NCBI GenBank assembly: GCA_036388915.1
Contig: DASVQX010000033.1
Location: 4,755-68,754 of the forward strand
Source of the DNA: Pyrinomonadaceae bacterium
Lineage (GTDB): Bacteria; Acidobacteriota; Blastocatellia; Pyrinomonadales; Pyrinomonadaceae
Direction: 5' to 3'
DNA: 64,000 bases
The notes under the pieces were generated by a model. It worked only from the letters and a program-made list of their open reading frames with translations, was not told the DNA's origin and did no database searches. Below are positions 62,235 through 64,000 of the stretch, piece by piece. Positions within the stretch are counted from its first letter, which is position 1; every line of letters starts with the position of its first letter. Made by a program: the position numbers and the translations under genes.

Positions 62235-64000
62235 TCATCCGACCGCGAGTCCGGCGGCGACGGCCGCGAGCGCCGAGACGGCCGCGAGCAGCGCCGCGCG
62301 CCGGCGCCCGCCGAAGAACCCCGCAGCCGACCTGCGCCCGAAGAAGAGGGACGCGAGCGCGAGCAGGAGCGAGGCGAGCGCGAGACAGTAGACCCTGTGC
62401 GTCAGGACGCGCGCGAGGCGGTGGCCGACCGAGAGGTCTGCGGGCGTCCAGAGGTTGTAGAGCACCGGGTTGGAGAGCCAGCCGCCGTAGCCCTGACTCG
62501 CGAGGTAGTAGACGGTGCCGCCCGCCGCGATGCTGACGGCGTAGGCGAGATACTTGTCGCGCAGCAGCACGTTTAAGGCGACCGACGCGGCGCACATGAA
62601 GACGACGCTCGGCAGCAGAATCACGGCGTAGGTCTTGAGATACGCCAGCGGTTCGAGCGGCGCGTGCCCCCTGTAAAGTTGCAGGAGGACGGCCGCGACC
62701 GCGACCGGCGCGACGAGCGCGAGCGAGAGCAGAAGCGTCGCCGCGAACTTCGGGAGCAGGAAGGCGAAGTCGGGCGCGGGCGCGCTCCAGAGCACCGGCT
62801 CGATTCTCAGCTCGCGGTCGCGGTGCATCGCCTCGCCCGCGTAGAAGACCGCGACGCCGAAGAGGAACAGCAGCAGCGCCTCGGCCGTCCGCGCCGCGTA
62901 GGCGGACGAGTAAGAGACCCCGCCCGAAAGGGGCGCGACGCCGAAGGCGGCCAGCTCAAGCACGCACACGAACGCGACGAGCGGCGCGACCACGACCAGA
63001 CTCCGCTCCGCGCCGAACAGTCGGAACTCCACCCCGAGCGCCGCGAGGAACTGCAAGACGGCCGCGCGCCGCCCCTCCGTGACGACCCCGACGCGCGGCA
63101 ACTCCAACGGCCGCGCCGCGACCGTCTCGCTCAAAGTCTCCGCCCCCGACGCGTCGGCCCCGACGTTAACGCGCGCGCGCGCCGCGCCGAAGCCTCCCGC
63201 CGCGTCGCCGGCCTCCGAGTCAACGTCAAGCCTCTCCGGCCTGACGGTTAAATCCAGGATTAAAGTCTGACTGCGCGCGGCTCTCCCGCCCCCGCGCTCG
63301 GTCGTCGAGAAGCGCAGGTAGAGCAGCGCGAAGCAGCCGAGCGCGACGCCGACCATCGCGAGGCGGTTGGCGACCATCCCGCCGTCATAGCCGATGACGA
63401 CATGGTTCAGCCAGTCGGCGCTGCGCCCTTGCCAGCCGTTGGCGGGGACGTTGAAGAGCATCGGGTCGAGCGTCACGCGCCACCACGCCGGAAGCCCCTT
63501 CATCGTCAACTGCCACGCGACGTAGAGCGGGTAGAACGAGACGCCCAGCCCGTAGACCACCTTGACGTTGCGCGTCAGCGTCCCGACGGTGAAGAAGACG
63601 GCGGCGAGCGCGAGGCTGGAGACGACGACGAAGAAGAGGAAGTGTTGCAGGTAAGGGAGCACGCGCGGCTGGAAGACGATCATCCCCTCGCGGCTGACCG
63701 CCTGGAGCGCGAACGGCGTCAGCGCGAAGCACGCCTGACAGCAGACGAGCACGAAGAAGTTGCCGAAGAACTTCCCCAGCAGGTACTCGCCGCGCCCGAC
63801 CGGCTTCGAGAAGATGAGCGGGTCTACCCTCAGCCTGTAGTCCCTGATGACGGGGTCGCCCATCATCATGGCGATGAAGAGCGGCATCGTCATGAACGAG
63901 AAGCCGCCGAACAGCCAGACGATGTAGAAGTCGCTGTTGACGGCCCAGCCGCGCGAGACGGCCGGCCCCCAGCCCCACCACAGCACCGCGTTCGCGCTGA
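62235..64000 (-). CDS. Large multi-pass membrane protein, ABC-2-type permease-like (N-terminus probably beyond the window)
   Basis: At least 583 aa with two blocks of about 6 hydrophobic segments separated by a soluble linker. The frame stays open upstream of the GTG at 63986 to the window edge. The function call is weak. Confidence 0.55.
   Translation of the reverse strand, partial: SANAVLWWGWGPAVSRGWAVNSDFYIVWLFGGFSFMTMPLFIAMMMGDPVIRDYRLRVDPLIFSKPVGRGEYLLGKFFGNFFVLVCCQACFALTPFALQAVSREGMIVFQPRVLPYLQHFLFFVVVSSLALAAVFFTVGTLTRNVKVVYGLGVSFYPLYVAWQLTMKGLPAWWRVTLDPMLFNVPANGWQGRSADWLNHVVIGYDGGMVANRLAMVGVALGCFALLYLRFSTTERGGGRAARSQTLILDLTVRPERLDVDSEAGDAAGGFGAARARVNVGADASGAETLSETVAARPLELPRVGVVTEGRRAAVLQFLAALGVEFRLFGAERSLVVVAPLVAFVCVLELAAFGVAPLSGGVSYSSAYAARTAEALLLFLFGVAVFYAGEAMHRDRELRIEPVLWSAPAPDFAFLLPKFAATLLLSLALVAPVAVAAVLLQLYRGHAPLEPLAYLKTYAVILLPSVVFMCAASVALNVLLRDKYLAYAVSIAAGGTVYYLASQGYGGWLSNPVLYNLWTPADLSVGHRLARVLTHRVYCLALASLLLALASLFFGRRSAAGFFGGRRRAALLAAVSALAAVAAGLAVG

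Overview
GC-rich, gene-dense bacterial chromosomal segment with about 50 protein-coding genes. I found no rRNA, tRNA, CRISPR array, transposase or integrase.

**Likely origin.** The gene content suggests an Acidobacteriota-like genome: signal-peptide vWA paralogs of the 'VWFA-related acidobacterial' type, a secretin with a cohesin-like tail, DUF4214-tailed giant proteases, DUF1844 and DUF885. This is inference only.

**nt 1-21700** is one uninterrupted minus-strand array:
- a partial secreted repeat protein;
- two ~1000-aa secreted Zn-metalloproteases that share a C-terminal module;
- lptD;
- an ECF sigma / anti-sigma / bactofilin-like membrane protein trio;
- a TlpA-type thioredoxin;
- a reduced type II secretion / type IV filament-like set (gspF, gspE, TPR-secretin-cohesin, two pseudopilins, PilM-like).

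**Divergent from that array** are two vWA proteins, the second abutting a cNMP-binding DUF1003 membrane protein gene. A Mg2+/metal cluster follows: CNNM/CorC, CorA with an overlapping His-rich mini-protein, and a low-affinity Fe permease.

**The remainder is mostly housekeeping:** ubiB-like kinase, ribF, gluQ, mazG, M48 protease, DUF885-PrcB, JAMM, DinB, aspS, hisS, PagL-like, gamma-CA, APC permease, recN, dnaE, a second ECF sigma operon, RRM protein, DEAD-box helicase and infA. The long Arg/Ala-rich ORFs opposite these genes are high-GC shadow ORFs.

**Most striking signal not explained by genes.** At least five families (13 copies) of AT-shifted repeat elements, most of them hairpins, have arms that are tandem 7-8-nt units. 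They sit exactly at gene boundaries, and several have perfect stems or palindromes of 30-34 nt.

**Best candidate for an undescribed system.** This is the secretion/protease block at 741-21700. It is inference and cannot be confirmed without database and structure searches.
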